Positions 21,272 through 32,216 of a DNA stretch of 64,000 nucleotides are shown one piece after another. Made by a program: the position numbers and the translations under genes. Location: NCBI RefSeq assembly GCF_050920415.1, contig NZ_CP169309.1, one strand, 5' to 3'. Positions within the stretch are counted from its first letter, which is position 1. The number at the start of each line of letters is the position of its first letter. Under the pieces are notes generated by a model. It made no database searches. It had not been told where the DNA came from and saw nothing but the letters and a program-made list of their open reading frames with translations. This DNA comes from Escherichia coli (GTDB taxonomy: Bacteria; Pseudomonadota; Gammaproteobacteria; Enterobacterales; Enterobacteriaceae).

Positions 21272-21372
21272 GCGGGCGAAAAATAAGGATGCCCCGTTAG
21301 GGGCGTTAGCTGAGTTTTTCGCGAAAAATTCAGCTAACGCTCTCTGTAATAGTCAAATCCAGGGGATTTACC

Positions 21373-22962
21373 ATGCAACAACGTCGTCCAGTCCGCCGCG
21401 CTCTGCTCAGTGTTTCTGACAAAGCCGGTATCGTCGAATTCGCCCAGGCACTTTCCGCACGCGGTGTGGAGCTGCTGTCTACAGGGGGCACTGCCCGTCT
21501 GTTAGCAGAAAAGGGTCTGCCGGTAACCGAAGTTTCCGATTACACCGGTTTCCCGGAGATGATGGATGGACGCGTGAAGACCCTGCATCCGAAAGTGCAT
21601 GGTGGCATTCTGGGCCGTCGCGGCCAGGACGATGCCGTTATGGAAGAACATCAGATCCAACCTATCGATATGGTGGTTGTTAACCTCTATCCGTTCGCCC
21701 AGACCGTGGCCCGTGAAGGTTGCTCTCTGGAAGATGCGGTTGAGAACATCGATATCGGTGGTCCAACGATGGTGCGCTCCGCCGCCAAGAACCATAAAGA
21801 TGTCGCAATCGTGGTGAAGAGCAGCGACTACGACGCCATTATTAAAGAGATGGATGCCAACGAAGGATCGCTGACGCTTGCAACCCGTTTCGATCTCGCT
21901 ATCAAAGCCTTTGAACATACCGCCGCCTACGACAGCATGATTGCCAACTACTTCGGCAGCATGGTTCCGGCTTATCACGGTGAAAGCAAAGAAGCCGCCG
22001 GTCGCTTCCCGCGTACGCTGAACCTGAACTTCATTAAGAAGCAGGATATGCGCTACGGCGAGAACAGCCACCAGCAGGCTGCCTTCTATATAGAAGAGAA
22101 TGTGAAAGAAGCCTCCGTTGCCACCGCAACCCAGGTTCAGGGTAAAGCCCTCTCTTATAACAACATCGCCGATACCGATGCGGCGCTGGAGTGCGTGAAA
22201 GAGTTCGCCGAGCCGGCATGTGTGATTGTGAAGCACGCCAACCCTTGCGGTGTGGCTATCGGCAATTCCATTCTTGATGCTTACGATCGCGCGTATAAAA
22301 CCGACCCCACCTCGGCGTTCGGCGGCATTATCGCCTTTAACCGCGAGCTGGATGCTGAAACCGCACAGGCCATCATTTCTCGTCAGTTTGTTGAAGTGAT
22401 TATTGCGCCGTCCGCCAGCGAAGAAGCGTTGAAAATCACCGCCGCTAAACAGAACGTACGTGTCCTGACATGTGGTCAGTGGGCCGAGCGTGTTCCAGGC
22501 CTTGATTTCAAACGCGTGAACGGCGGTCTGCTGGTTCAGGATCGTGACCTGGGGATGGTTGGTGCAGAAGAACTGCGCGTCGTCACCAAACGTCAGCCGA
22601 CCGAACAGGAGCTGCGTGATGCGCTATTCTGCTGGAAGGTGGCGAAGTTCGTGAAATCTAACGCCATTGTCTACGCCAAAAACAATATGACCATCGGTAT
22701 TGGCGCAGGCCAGATGAGCCGCGTGTACTCCGCGAAAATCGCCGGTATTAAAGCTGCCGATGAAGGCCTGGAAGTGAAAGGTTCGTCAATGGCTTCTGAC
22801 GCATTCTTCCCGTTCCGCGACGGTATTGATGCCGCGGCCGCTGCGGGCGTGACCTGCGTAATCCAGCCTGGCGGTTCTATCCGTGATGACGAAGTGATTG
22901 CCGCCGCCGACGAGCACGGTATTGCGATGCTCTTCACCGACATGCGCCACTTCCGCCATTAA
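21373..22962 (+). CDS. purH: Bifunctional AICAR transformylase / IMP cyclohydrolase
   Basis: 529-aa ORF starting [19 protein letters not shown]. Confidence 0.96.
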   Translation: MQQRRPVRRALLSVSDKAGIVEFAQALSARGVELLSTGGTARLLAEKGLPVTEVSDYTGFPEMMDGRVKTLHPKVHGGILGRRGQDDAVMEEHQIQPIDMVVVNLYPFAQTVAREGCSLEDAVENIDIGGPTMVRSAAKNHKDVAIVVKSSDYDAIIKEMDANEGSLTLATRFDLAIKAFEHTAAYDSMIANYFGSMVPAYHGESKEAAGRFPRTLNLNFIKKQDMRYGENSHQQAAFYIEENVKEASVATATQVQGKALSYNNIADTDAALECVKEFAEPACVIVKHANPCGVAIGNSILDAYDRAYKTDPTSAFGGIIAFNRELDAETAQAIISRQFVEVIIAPSASEEALKITAAKQNVRVLTCGQWAERVPGLDFKRVNGGLLVQDRDLGMVGAEELRVVTKRQPTEQELRDALFCWKVAKFVKSNAIVYAKNNMTIGIGAGQMSRVYSAKIAGIKAADEGLEVKGSSMASDAFFPFRDGIDAAAAAGVTCVIQPGGSIRDDEVIAAADEHGIAMLFTDMRHFRH

Positions 22963-22973
22963 TGGAGCGACAG

Positions 22974-24263
22974 ATGAAAGTATTAGTGATTGGTAATGGC
23001 GGGCGCGAGCACGCGCTGGCCTGGAAAGCGGCCCAGTCGCCGCTGGTTGAGACTGTTTTTGTTGCTCCGGGTAACGCAGGCACTGCACTGGAACCCGCGC
23101 TGCAAAACGTCGCTATCGGCGTGACCGATATCCCGGCACTGCTAGATTTCGCGCAAAATGAAAAGGTAGATTTAACCATCGTCGGCCCGGAAGCGCCGCT
23201 GGTGAAAGGCGTGGTCGATACCTTCCGCGCCGCCGGGCTGAAAATCTTCGGACCAACCGCAGGCGCCGCACAACTGGAAGGCTCGAAAGCGTTTACCAAG
23301 GATTTCCTGGCCCGCCATAAGATCCCTACGGCGGAATACCAGAACTTCACCGAGGTAGAACCTGCACTGGCGTATCTGCGTGAGAAAGGCGCGCCAATCG
23401 TCATTAAAGCGGACGGTCTGGCTGCCGGGAAAGGCGTTATCGTAGCGATGACGCTGGAAGAAGCCGAAGCGGCCGTTCACGACATGCTGGCAGGCAACGC
23501 TTTTGGCGACGCGGGTCATCGTATTGTTATCGAAGAGTTCCTCGACGGCGAAGAAGCGAGCTTTATCGTGATGGTGGACGGTGAGCATGTGCTGCCAATG
23601 GCCACCAGCCAGGATCACAAACGCGTAGGCGATAAAGATACCGGGCCGAACACGGGCGGTATGGGCGCTTACTCCCCTGCGCCAGTGGTGACCGATGAAG
23701 TTCATCTGCGCACGATGGAACGTATCATCTGGCCAACCGTGAAAGGTATGGCGGCGGAAGGCAACACCTACACCGGTTTTCTCTATGCGGGCCTGATGAT
23801 CGACAAACAGGGTAATCCGAAGGTTATCGAATTTAACTGCCGCTTTGGCGATCCGGAAACCCAGCCGATTATGCTACGCATGAAGTCCGATCTGGTTGAG
23901 CTTTGCCTGGCGGCCTGTGAAGGTACGCTTGACGAGAAAACGTCCGAGTGGGATGAACGCGCTTCTCTCGGCGTGGTGATGGCTGCGGGTGGATATCCGG
24001 GCGATTACCGCACCGGCGATGTGATCCACGGCCTGCCGCTGGAAGAAGTGTCTGACGGCAAAGTGTTCCACGCGGGCACAAAACTGGCGGATGACGAGCA
24101 GGTGGTAACCAGCGGCGGGCGCGTACTGTGCGTCACCGCGCTGGGTCATACCGTGGCAGAAGCGCAGAAACGCGCTTATGCCTTAATGACCGATATCCAT
24201 TGGGACGATTGCTTCTGCCGGAAGGATATCGGCTGGCGCGCCATCGAACGCGAGCAGAACTAA
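22974..24263 (+). CDS. purD: Phosphoribosylamine-glycine ligase
   Basis: Start placed at MKVLVIGNGGREHALAWK (429 aa), 11 nt after the purH stop; ATP-grasp fold. Confidence 0.95.
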   Translation: MKVLVIGNGGREHALAWKAAQSPLVETVFVAPGNAGTALEPALQNVAIGVTDIPALLDFAQNEKVDLTIVGPEAPLVKGVVDTFRAAGLKIFGPTAGAAQLEGSKAFTKDFLARHKIPTAEYQNFTEVEPALAYLREKGAPIVIKADGLAAGKGVIVAMTLEEAEAAVHDMLAGNAFGDAGHRIVIEEFLDGEEASFIVMVDGEHVLPMATSQDHKRVGDKDTGPNTGGMGAYSPAPVVTDEVHLRTMERIIWPTVKGMAAEGNTYTGFLYAGLMIDKQGNPKVIEFNCRFGDPETQPIMLRMKSDLVELCLAACEGTLDEKTSEWDERASLGVVMAAGGYPGDYRTGDVIHGLPLEEVSDGKVFHAGTKLADDEQVVTSGGRVLCVTALGHTVAEAQKRAYALMTDIHWDDCFCRKDIGWRAIEREQN

Positions 24264-25585
24264 CGCGACAGTTTTGCCAATAGCGTTTTGCGCGTAATCC
24301 CTAACTGACGGGCGGCTTCGGTTTTGTTGCCGCCCGTTTTCTCCAGCGCCGCCAGAATCACTTCCTTTTCGACTTCCACCAGCGGCTGAATATCCTGACT
24401 TTGCACCAGCGGGATCGGCGTACTGGCAATCGCCAGCGGCAGCTCGCGTTCGGAAATATATTCCCCGGTCAGCAGCACCACCGCCCGTTCCACCGCGTTT
24501 TCCAGTTCACGAATATTTCCCGGCCAGTCGTAGTGAATCAGCAGATCCATCGCCTGGGGAGTAAACCCTTTTACCGCCTTGCGATTGCGTTCGGCAAAGC
24601 GCTGCAGAAAATGGTTAGCCAGCAGTGGAATATCTTCCCGCCGTTGCCGTAGCGAAGGTACTTCAATCGCCACCACATTCAGGCGATAGTAGAGATCCTG
24701 ACGAAAACGCCCGGCCTTTACCTCAGCGGCAAGATCGCGATGAGTCGCCGCAATCAGCCGGACATCAACCGAGATAGTCTGATTGCTACCGACACGCTGG
24801 ACTTCGCGCTCCTGAATCGCACGCAGTAGACGAACCTGCATCATCAGTGAGATATCGCCAATTTCATCGAGAAACAGCGTGCCGCCGTCTGCCTCCACAA
24901 AGCGCCCTTCCCGCCGTTTGTCGGCTCCGGTAAACGCCCCTTTTTCGTGACCGAACAATTCAGATTCCAGTAAGGATTCGTTGAGTGCCGCACAGTTGAG
25001 CGTTACCAGCGGCTTTTCACTCCGTGCGCTACTGGCGTGAATCGCCCTGGCGACCAGCTCTTTACCGGTGCCGGAATCGCCGTGGATCAGCACCGTGGCT
25101 TCCGATGGCGCGACAAGGGCGATTTCACTGAGCAGGTGTTGCATCGCCGGGCTTTTACCGACCATACCGAACTGGCTGGCAGACACCGCAGGCGTTTCAG
25201 CATCAACACTGTGCGTATGCGCAAGCGCCTTTTCCAGGGTTGCCTGCAGGTTATCGAAATCCAGCGGCTTGATGAGATAATCCAGCGCCCCGGTTTTCAA
25301 CGCCTCTACCGCCGTCTCGACGCTGGAGTACGCGGTCATAATCAGTACCGGAATTGCCGGATTTAACGCTTTGATCTCTTTCAGCGTGGCGATGCCATCC
25401 ATCTCTGCCATTCGCACATCACAAAGCACAAGATCAAAAACCTGTTCCCGCACTTGCTCCAGCGCCTGTCGCCCGCTGTTTGCCAGCACGACGTTATAGC
25501 CCCAGCCGCGCAGCAATGCCTGCAAGATAGTGCAGTGGCTAATGTCATCATCCACCACCAGAATATCGATATTATCGTGCGTCAT
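24260..25585 (-). CDS. zraR: Sigma-54-dependent response regulator ZraR
   Basis: 441-aa ORF with receiver domain, AAA+ sigma-54 activation domain (GESGTGKE, GAFTGA) and C-terminal HTH; 4-bp overlap with zraS. Confidence 0.93.
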   Translation of the reverse strand: MTHDNIDILVVDDDISHCTILQALLRGWGYNVVLANSGRQALEQVREQVFDLVLCDVRMAEMDGIATLKEIKALNPAIPVLIMTAYSSVETAVEALKTGALDYLIKPLDFDNLQATLEKALAHTHSVDAETPAVSASQFGMVGKSPAMQHLLSEIALVAPSEATVLIHGDSGTGKELVARAIHASSARSEKPLVTLNCAALNESLLESELFGHEKGAFTGADKRREGRFVEADGGTLFLDEIGDISLMMQVRLLRAIQEREVQRVGSNQTISVDVRLIAATHRDLAAEVKAGRFRQDLYYRLNVVAIEVPSLRQRREDIPLLANHFLQRFAERNRKAVKGFTPQAMDLLIHYDWPGNIRELENAVERAVVLLTGEYISERELPLAIASTPIPLVQSQDIQPLVEVEKEVILAALEKTGGNKTEAARQLGITRKTLLAKLSR

Positions 25586-26958
25586 CCTTGTGGGTCCTTA
25601 CGCGTAATATTGACCGGAAGCCAGAGGGTGAACGTTGCACCTTTCCCCTCCTGGCTTACGACCTGAATTGTACCACCGTGTTGTTCAACAATATTATGCA
25701 CAACCGCCAGCCCCAGTCCGGTGCCTTCGGCTTTGGTGGTGAAGTACGGGGTGAAGATGGCTTCAAGCTGATCCGCCGCAATTCCCTTACCGCTGTCGGT
25801 TACGTTTATTTTAACGCCTGCGCTGCTTTCGCTGGCCGTCACGCTAATCACGCCATGCTGACCAATAGCCTGAATAGCATTGAGATAGAGATTCAACAGG
25901 ACCTGAGTCAGTCGGTCCGGATCGGCCTGTATCTTCGGCAATGCGTCGTTGGCGGTAAAGCGTAATTGGATCTCCCTACTGTTTGCATCCTGGCTTACCA
26001 GTTGTAATGAGTGGTTAATCAGCGTGTTGAGATCCACCGCCTTCAAAGCAAGATGCGTTGGCTTAACCAGCTCCAGCAGCTCGCTTACCACGCGGTTTAA
26101 ACGGTCGGCTTCTTTCGCCATCACCTGCGCCAATTGATGTGCTTCTCCTCCTGCTGGTGCGCGTTCGGCAAAATATTTCGCCAGCCCTTTAATCGAGGAA
26201 AGCGGGTTACGGATTTCATGGGCGACGCCTGCGGCCAGATGTCCCAGCGCCACCAGCTTCTCTTTGCGCTTCATTTCATCCTGTAACAGCTGGCGCGAGC
26301 GAAGATAGCGGCGATACCAGAAGAATGACAACACGCTTGCCAGCAAGACCGTCGCCAGGGCGAAGAGGATAATCAGGGTGTTTCTCTGCTCACGCTCTTC
26401 GGCACTCACAATGTTACTGGCGTCGAAAGCGATAAAAATTGCTTGTGGTGTCGTGGCATACTGCTGCATATGGCGCATCCGGTGCATTCCAGCAGCAAAC
26501 ATCGGTTGAAACTGGCGATAAATTTCCAGAACAGGCTCGCCGTCTGCGCTATCGATCCGCCGCCACGCTTCTTCGTCTCCCGGATGTAACTGCTGCATTT
26601 CCTGCGGGGAATAAAGCTGTTTTCCCACCATGCCGGAGTTGCTATGCATCACGATTGTTCCTTGTTCATCCGTGACCGCAAACCAACGCACTCCTGGCTG
26701 CCCAGCCATTTCTTCCAGTAAAGCCTGCTGCTGCGCATGATGCATGCGCATCCCCATACCGACGCGCGAGCCGGATTCGAGAGCGCGGATAAGTACACTG
26801 CCTTTTTCCAGCAGAGTTTGTCTGGCGGCGGCAGTCTCGCGCCCATAATCGCGAATCACGGTCACCGCAAACAACCCCACCAGTCCAACAATGACTACGG
26901 GAAGGATCGCGCTTAACCATTTTGCTGAGGCATCTTTTGATCGCTGCATAAAACGCAT
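25582..26958 (-). CDS. zraS: Sensor histidine kinase ZraS
   Basis: 458-aa ORF with transmembrane segments, H-box (AHEIRNPL) and ATPase G-boxes. Confidence 0.92.
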   Translation of the reverse strand: MRFMQRSKDASAKWLSAILPVVIVGLVGLFAVTVIRDYGRETAAARQTLLEKGSVLIRALESGSRVGMGMRMHHAQQQALLEEMAGQPGVRWFAVTDEQGTIVMHSNSGMVGKQLYSPQEMQQLHPGDEEAWRRIDSADGEPVLEIYRQFQPMFAAGMHRMRHMQQYATTPQAIFIAFDASNIVSAEEREQRNTLIILFALATVLLASVLSFFWYRRYLRSRQLLQDEMKRKEKLVALGHLAAGVAHEIRNPLSSIKGLAKYFAERAPAGGEAHQLAQVMAKEADRLNRVVSELLELVKPTHLALKAVDLNTLINHSLQLVSQDANSREIQLRFTANDALPKIQADPDRLTQVLLNLYLNAIQAIGQHGVISVTASESSAGVKINVTDSGKGIAADQLEAIFTPYFTTKAEGTGLGLAVVHNIVEQHGGTIQVVSQEGKGATFTLWLPVNITRKDPQG

Positions 26959-26989
26959 CTTCTTCTTTGCCTGTTCATCCCTTTTTGAC

Positions 26990-27006
26990 AGCAGAAATCA
27001 TGCCAT
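26990..27006 (-). promoter_or_regulatory. Putative sigma-54 promoter of zraSR
   Basis: Minus strand tGGcatgatttctGCt with canonical -24 GG / -12 GC spacing. Confidence 0.45.
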
Positions 27007-27056
27007 CTTTTATTAGCACTTACCCTGCGCTTTAACACAAAGGCTTAAGTTTCAAT

Positions 27057-27102
27057 GAGTAAAAATGACTCGCTACACACAGCTGGCGAGTCATTTTTAC
27101 TC
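27057..27102. promoter_or_regulatory. ZraR enhancer binding sites (inverted pair)
   Basis: gagtaaaaatgactcgc (27057-27073) and its reverse complement gcgagtcatttttactc (27086-27102), between divergent zraP and zraSR. Confidence 0.7.
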
Positions 27103-27143
27103 GTTTATCATGTCATATTGCCCGTCATATCAGCGTTTCGCCG

Positions 27144-27160
27144 TTGGCACGAAAGATGCA
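27144..27160 (+). promoter_or_regulatory. Sigma-54 promoter of zraP
   Basis: tTGGCACgaaagaTGCA with correct -24/-12 spacing, about 40 bp before the zraP start. Confidence 0.7.
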
Positions 27161-27195
27161 ATACACAAAGTAAGACAACCACTGGAGGATTAACC

Positions 27196-27615
27196 ATGAA
27201 ACGGAACACGAAAATTGCCCTGGTGATGATGGCGCTTTCAGCAATGGCGATGGGATCGACATCTGCATTTGCTCACGGCGGACACGGTATGTGGCAGCAA
27301 AATGCCGCGCCTTTGACCAGCGAACAACAGACAGCGTGGCAGAAAATCCATAATGACTTTTACGCTCAAAGCAGCGCACTGCAACAGCAACTGGTGACGA
27401 AGCGTTATGAATACAATGCCCTGTTAGCCGCGAACCCACCGGATAGCAGCAAAATTAACGCGGTCGCCAAAGAGATGGAGAATTTGCGTCAGTCGTTAGA
27501 TGAGTTACGGGTGAAACGAGATATTGCGATGGCTGAAGCGGGTATTCCGCGCGGTACCGGAATGGGTTACGGCGGCTGCGGTGGTGGCGGTCATATGGGT
27601 ATGGGCCACTGGTAA
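27196..27615 (+). CDS. zraP: Periplasmic zinc-binding chaperone ZraP
   Basis: Start placed at MKRNTKIALVMMALSAMAMG (signal peptide) after RBS ggagga; track ORF is extended 47 codons upstream. Gly/His-rich C-terminus. Confidence 0.9.
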   Translation: MKRNTKIALVMMALSAMAMGSTSAFAHGGHGMWQQNAAPLTSEQQTAWQKIHNDFYAQSSALQQQLVTKRYEYNALLAANPPDSSKINAVAKEMENLRQSLDELRVKRDIAMAEAGIPRGTGMGYGGCGGGGHMGMGHW

Positions 27616-27616
27616 A

Positions 27617-28318
27617 TCAGAACGTTTTCTCGTTGGGTTGCCAGCGACAGAAATCAGAGTTTGCCACTAACAGTAATTGCGAACCTTCGGGCGCTTCCAG
27701 CCATGCCACGCTGACATCAACAGAAGAGCGGCTCTGGCGGCGCTCGATATGCGCTATCGCCTGCGAATCTAAATCAGGTTTAATGGTTTGCCCTTCGCAG
27801 GTGGTCACGGTCTGTTCCATCGCATGCCAGCGCCCCTGGCGCAGCACGACTCTCCCCTGACGTAAGGCATCGCTAATCTGGCGGATCTGATCAGCACGAT
27901 AACGGTATAAATCGATTTGGTCGTTAGAAAGCTGCTGCTTTTCCCCATCGGATTCACGTTGCATAAAGCTCAGATCGCCGCGATCGTCAAAACGCGCGCG
28001 AATGTTCACCGGCGGTTTGCTGTAAACATTGATATTGATGAGCGTGAGGTTATCGCCCTGCCAGCGATACTCTCGCGTCGTGGTATCGCCACTGCGCCAC
28101 GGGCTAAACACAGCAAGCAGATGCACATTATCGCCACTGTCTTTTCGCCAGATACGTACCGCGCCCTGATCTTCAGCAAATCCACTGGCGGTAAAGGGAG
28201 GAAGTGAAGAGTTGTGGCTACAGGCAGTGAGAAACAGAGCGCCCGCCAGCATCAATGATCGACGCCAGAAAGACAAAAGGGGTGAAACCACCCCTTCGTT
28301 AAAACTGTTCACTGCCAC
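27617..28318 (-). CDS. yjaH: Conserved lipoprotein YjaH (DUF1481)
   Basis: 233-aa ORF with lipoprotein signal (LFLTACSHN); conserved position next to hupA. Confidence 0.8.
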   Translation of the reverse strand: MAVNSFNEGVVSPLLSFWRRSLMLAGALFLTACSHNSSLPPFTASGFAEDQGAVRIWRKDSGDNVHLLAVFSPWRSGDTTTREYRWQGDNLTLININVYSKPPVNIRARFDDRGDLSFMQRESDGEKQQLSNDQIDLYRYRADQIRQISDALRQGRVVLRQGRWHAMEQTVTTCEGQTIKPDLDSQAIAHIERRQSRSSVDVSVAWLEAPEGSQLLLVANSDFCRWQPNEKTF

Positions 28319-28324
28319 GCAATC

Positions 28325-28597
28325 TTACTTAACTGCGTCTTTCAGTGCCTTGCCAGAAACAAATGCCGGCACGTTAGCTGCGGCAATTTTGATTTCTTTA
28401 CCGGTCTGCGGGTTGCGGCCAGTACGCTCAGCGCGGTGGTTCACTTTGAAGGTACCGAAACCAACCAGTTGTACAGCATCGCCTTCTTTCAGAGACTCAG
28501 TAATTGCAGCCAGAGTGGACTCCAGAGCAGCTTTAGCCTGGGTTTTGGACAGTTCTGCTTTCTCTGCAATTACATCAATCAGTTGAGTCTTGTTCAT
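28325..28597 (-). CDS. hupA: DNA-binding protein HU-alpha
   Basis: 90-aa [55 protein letters not shown]... Confidence 0.97.
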
Positions 28598-28783
28598 AAG
28601 TTATCCTTACAATGTGTTTATCGCTTGCTAAGCATCGAGTGCGACGGAAATGCCAGAATAGCACTCTCCTGCATACACGCACCGATAGCCACTTTTTTTC
28701 GCCCCCCAAATGTAGACCAGACGGGGGGCGAAAGGGAAGACTCCAGGTATGACAAATCAGGCGTTAAATCACGTTTTCTGGTC

Positions 28784-29374
28784 TTATTGCTGAAAAATTA
28801 TACCAATATTGCTCTCGCCCGCCTCACGCAGGTCTGCCCTAAGGCCTTTTATCAGCTCGATATCGCGTTCTTCGCACTCAGCTAAAAGTCGGAATATTTC
28901 CCACTGAATGTCCCACTCTTGCTCTACAGCTGGGTTTTCTTTGAGCTCTTCATCGCTCATTTCACGGCCAGCCTGAGTCATTTCCAGCATCGCCACGGTC
29001 GTGATGGAGGTCTTACTCACTTCTACCGCGTGTTCGAGCGTTTCGCCACTTAAACGCGAATGGACCAGTTCACTTAACGCCACGCAAGCATCGATTGCCG
29101 GATAAACGCCGTACAGATCGAAATCGTCGGCTGAAGGAATCGCTTCTTCAAATTTCTCCAGTTGGCTGTCGAAATTTACTTTTGCGTCTTTGACGGTCAG
29201 CGTTTCCCAGATGAGATCGAGAATACGGCGGTAAATTTGCCCATCACCAAAACCAGTTTGCTGACAGAATACGGCGTAATTAGGGTACATACGTTCGCAT
29301 AAGCAGGCCATAAAAGTGACGTGCTGCCAGCTTTCCAGGCGCTCCAGACGCAGATGAATTGGGTTTTGTAACAT
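28784..29374 (-). CDS. yjaG: Conserved protein YjaG (DUF416)
   Basis: 196-aa ORF; conserved neighbour of hupA and nfi. Confidence 0.85.
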   Translation of the reverse strand: MLQNPIHLRLERLESWQHVTFMACLCERMYPNYAVFCQQTGFGDGQIYRRILDLIWETLTVKDAKVNFDSQLEKFEEAIPSADDFDLYGVYPAIDACVALSELVHSRLSGETLEHAVEVSKTSITTVAMLEMTQAGREMSDEELKENPAVEQEWDIQWEIFRLLAECEERDIELIKGLRADLREAGESNIGIIFQQ

Positions 29375-29416
29375 GTTGAGTTCTCAAATACGGAAATTAT
29401 CCGCAGTTTACCTGAA

Positions 29417-30088
29417 TTAGGGCTGATTTGCTGTATAGCGCACGAATGCAGGACGTTCCGAGGCCACCGCGTCTGCCCAGCGCGTTGGCTCCGGCAGACG
29501 ATAGCCTTTCATGCAGCGTTGTACCCAGGCCAGCGCACTATCCATGCTGACACGATGGCCAGTTGCGATAAATAGCGGGTTACAGCGCGCTTTACTGCGC
29601 CAGACCCAGGCCAGCTGCTCGCCTTTATCCATCAACGGTGCCAGCGCGCCCGGTTCGCTGGAGAGCGGCTCGAATTTACCGCATAACCGCTTTTTCGCTA
29701 CGCCAATGGTCGGCACATCCACCAGCAAACCAAAGTGGCTGGCGACGCCAAGACGGCGAGGATGCGAGATCCCGTGACCATCGACAAACACTAAATCCGG
29801 CTTTTGCGACAGCATCTCCCACGCTGCCAGCAGCGCAGGATATTCGCGGAAGGAAAGAAAACCTGGAATGTAAGGCATGGTGGTGGCGATGCGTGCCACT
29901 TTATACTCCACCAGCTCAAGAGAGGGGTATTTCAGCAGCACCATCGCCGCTCGCGTCACGTCTCCGCCCTGCTCAAACCCGACATCGGCTCCGGCGATCA
30001 GATCCGGCGGATCTTTATCAAGTCGATCCTCACGGATCACAGAGGAAGCCAGTTCGATTTGTTGAGCGCGTAATGACGCGAGATCCAT
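29417..30088 (-). CDS. nfi: Endonuclease V
   Basis: 223-aa [41 protein letters not shown]... Confidence 0.95.
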   Translation of the reverse strand: MDLASLRAQQIELASSVIREDRLDKDPPDLIAGADVGFEQGGDVTRAAMVLLKYPSLELVEYKVARIATTMPYIPGFLSFREYPALLAAWEMLSQKPDLVFVDGHGISHPRRLGVASHFGLLVDVPTIGVAKKRLCGKFEPLSSEPGALAPLMDKGEQLAWVWRSKARCNPLFIATGHRVSMDSALAWVQRCMKGYRLPEPTRWADAVASERPAFVRYTANQP

Positions 30089-30100
30089 AATCGCTCCTTA

Positions 30101-30244
30101 GAGCCTGGTTCAACAGGCGTAATTGTTGAAGGCAGTTTGAGGCCGGACAGCGCGGAAAAACCGGAGCGTACACGTAGTACGTGAGGATTTTGAGCACTGC
30201 CCGGCCTCAAAATGGCAAATAAAATAGCCTGATGGACCAGGCTC
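30101..30244. repeat. 144-bp palindromic MITE-like element between hemE and nfi
   Basis: About 19-bp terminal inverted repeats (gagcctggttcaacaggc / gcctgatggaccaggctc), internal inverted pair tttgaggccggacag / ctgcccggcctcaaa, central palindrome cacgtagtacgtg; flanked by TTA on both sides. Confidence 0.6.
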
Positions 30245-31309
30245 TTAGCGGTGATACTGTTCAGACAGTCGATGCACAGCCTCCACAAACACGCCAGCAT
30301 GTTCTGGCGGCACATCCTGGTGAATGCCGTGACCAAGGTTAAATACATGACCTTCGCCGTGACCGAAACCTGCAAGTATAGTCGCGACTTCTTCTTCAAT
30401 GCGGGCAGGTGGCGCGTATAGCATCGACGGATCCATATTACCCTGCAGCGCGACTTTATTGCCCACGCGGCGGCGCGCATCGGCGATATCCGTTGTCCAG
30501 TCGAGACCCAGCGCATCGCAACCCGTTTCCGCCATAGCTTCCAGCCACTGTCCACCGCCTTTGGTAAACAGGGTGACCGGTACACGGCGACCGTCGTTTT
30601 CACGCAGTAAACCATCAACTATTTTATGCATGTAATAGAGCGAGAACTGTTGATAATCGCGCCCGGTGAGCACGCCGCCCCAGGTATCGAAGATCATCAC
30701 GGCCTGAGCACCAGCTTTAATTTGCGCATTCAGATACAAAGTGACGCTTTTCGCCAGTTTATCGAGCAGAGCGTGCAGCGCCTGTGGATCGGCATACATC
30801 ATCTTTTTGATCACGGTGAACGCTTTGCTGCTGCCACCTTCCACCATATAGGTCGCCAGCGTCCACGGGCTGCCGGAAAAACCAATCAGCGGCACTTCGC
30901 CTTTCAGTTCGCGGCGAATAGTACGCACCGCGTTCATCACATAGCCCAGCTCATCTTCCGGGTCCGGAATTGGCAGTTTATCAACGTCAGCTTTGCAGGT
31001 GACTGGCGAGGTAAAACGCGGACCTTCTCCGGCTTCAAAATAGAGCCCTAACCCCATCGCGTCCGGCACGGTGAGGATATCGGAAAAGAGGATTGCCGCA
31101 TCCAGCGGATAGCGACGCAGCGGTTGCAAAGTCACTTCGCACGCCAGCTCTGCATTTTTGCACAGCGACATAAAATCGCCCGCCTGGGCGCGCGTGGCTT
31201 TATATTCCGGTAGATAGCGACCCGCCTGGCGCATCATCCATACTGGAGTGACATCAACGGGCTGGCGCAGCAGCGCCCGCAGATAACGATCGTTTTTGAG
31301 TTCGGTCAT
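30245..31309 (-). CDS. hemE: Uroporphyrinogen decarboxylase
   Basis: 354-aa [39 protein letters not shown]... Confidence 0.96.
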   Translation of the reverse strand: MTELKNDRYLRALLRQPVDVTPVWMMRQAGRYLPEYKATRAQAGDFMSLCKNAELACEVTLQPLRRYPLDAAILFSDILTVPDAMGLGLYFEAGEGPRFTSPVTCKADVDKLPIPDPEDELGYVMNAVRTIRRELKGEVPLIGFSGSPWTLATYMVEGGSSKAFTVIKKMMYADPQALHALLDKLAKSVTLYLNAQIKAGAQAVMIFDTWGGVLTGRDYQQFSLYYMHKIVDGLLRENDGRRVPVTLFTKGGGQWLEAMAETGCDALGLDWTTDIADARRRVGNKVALQGNMDPSMLYAPPARIEEEVATILAGFGHGEGHVFNLGHGIHQDVPPEHAGVFVEAVHRLSEQYHR

Positions 31310-31348
31310 TTTGGCTGTTCCTTAGTGCGTCAGGCGGTCAGTGTATCA

Positions 31349-32122
31349 TCACTCATACTCTGCCCGACACATCGCCACCGTATCTTCTATCAGACGGCGC
31401 GCCACGGTGCCGGGCGGCGGAAGTAACGGTAAATCATCGTAGCGATACCAGTTCGCCTCGAGCAGCTCTTTCGGATCAATCACGATGTCGCCGCTGTCAT
31501 ATTCCGCCATAAATGCGGTCATCAGCGACTGGGGAAACGGCCACGGCTGGGAAGTCACGTACCGCAAGTTTTTAACTTTAATTCCGCTCTCTTCCATCAC
31601 TTCCCGCGCGACCGCCTGCTCGAGGGTTTCGCCCACTTCGACGAATCCGGCAAGTACCGTATGGACACCGTTACGATGGCGGGTATGCTGGGCGAGGAGG
31701 ATCGAATCATCGCGACGGATGGCAACAATAATGCAGGGGGCGATTTGCGGGTAGTAACGCTCACGGCAATGGCTGCACAGCATCGCCCATTCGGTTTTGC
31801 TTGGATACATTTCATGCCCGCAGTAACCACAGTATTTATGCGATCGGTAAAACTCCGCCAGTTGCACGCCACGTCCGGCCAGTTGAAACAGCCCAACATC
31901 GAGATCAATGACCTGACGTACCGACCCCATATCGTGACGCCGCTGCTGTTGTACTAACCAAACAGGTTCCCCCTGCCATTCGCCGATTTGTAGTGCGCGC
32001 TGACCCACAAGATCGAAATTTGCCGCTTCGCCATATGGCAATTCTCCCTTCGGCAACCATAATTTTTGTTCATGGCTGACGACCCACCAGCCGTGATCTA
32101 ATTTTTCAATTATACGATCCAT
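31349..32122 (-). CDS. nudC: NADH pyrophosphatase (Nudix hydrolase)
   Basis: 257-aa ORF with zinc-ribbon cysteines and Nudix box ([22 protein letters not shown]). Confidence 0.93.
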
Positions 32123-32216
32123 AGCTCTTGCACTACCTTTGCATCACTGGCATGTTTAACATGGTTTTTACATTTCTCACTGAGCAGTTTTTGAATACAA
32201 ACTTGCGGAGTCAATC

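Noticed and set aside
21097-21300. 67-aa ORF in the rrnE-purH intergenic region
   Set aside because: It coincides with the rrnE upstream activating region and the purH promoter/PurR operator; no RBS and no conserved features.
30037-30618. 193-aa minus-strand ORF spanning the palindromic element and the hemE 3' end
   Set aside because: It is out of frame with, and overlaps, the well-supported hemE reading frame; it has no recognisable motifs and begins inside the inverted-repeat element.
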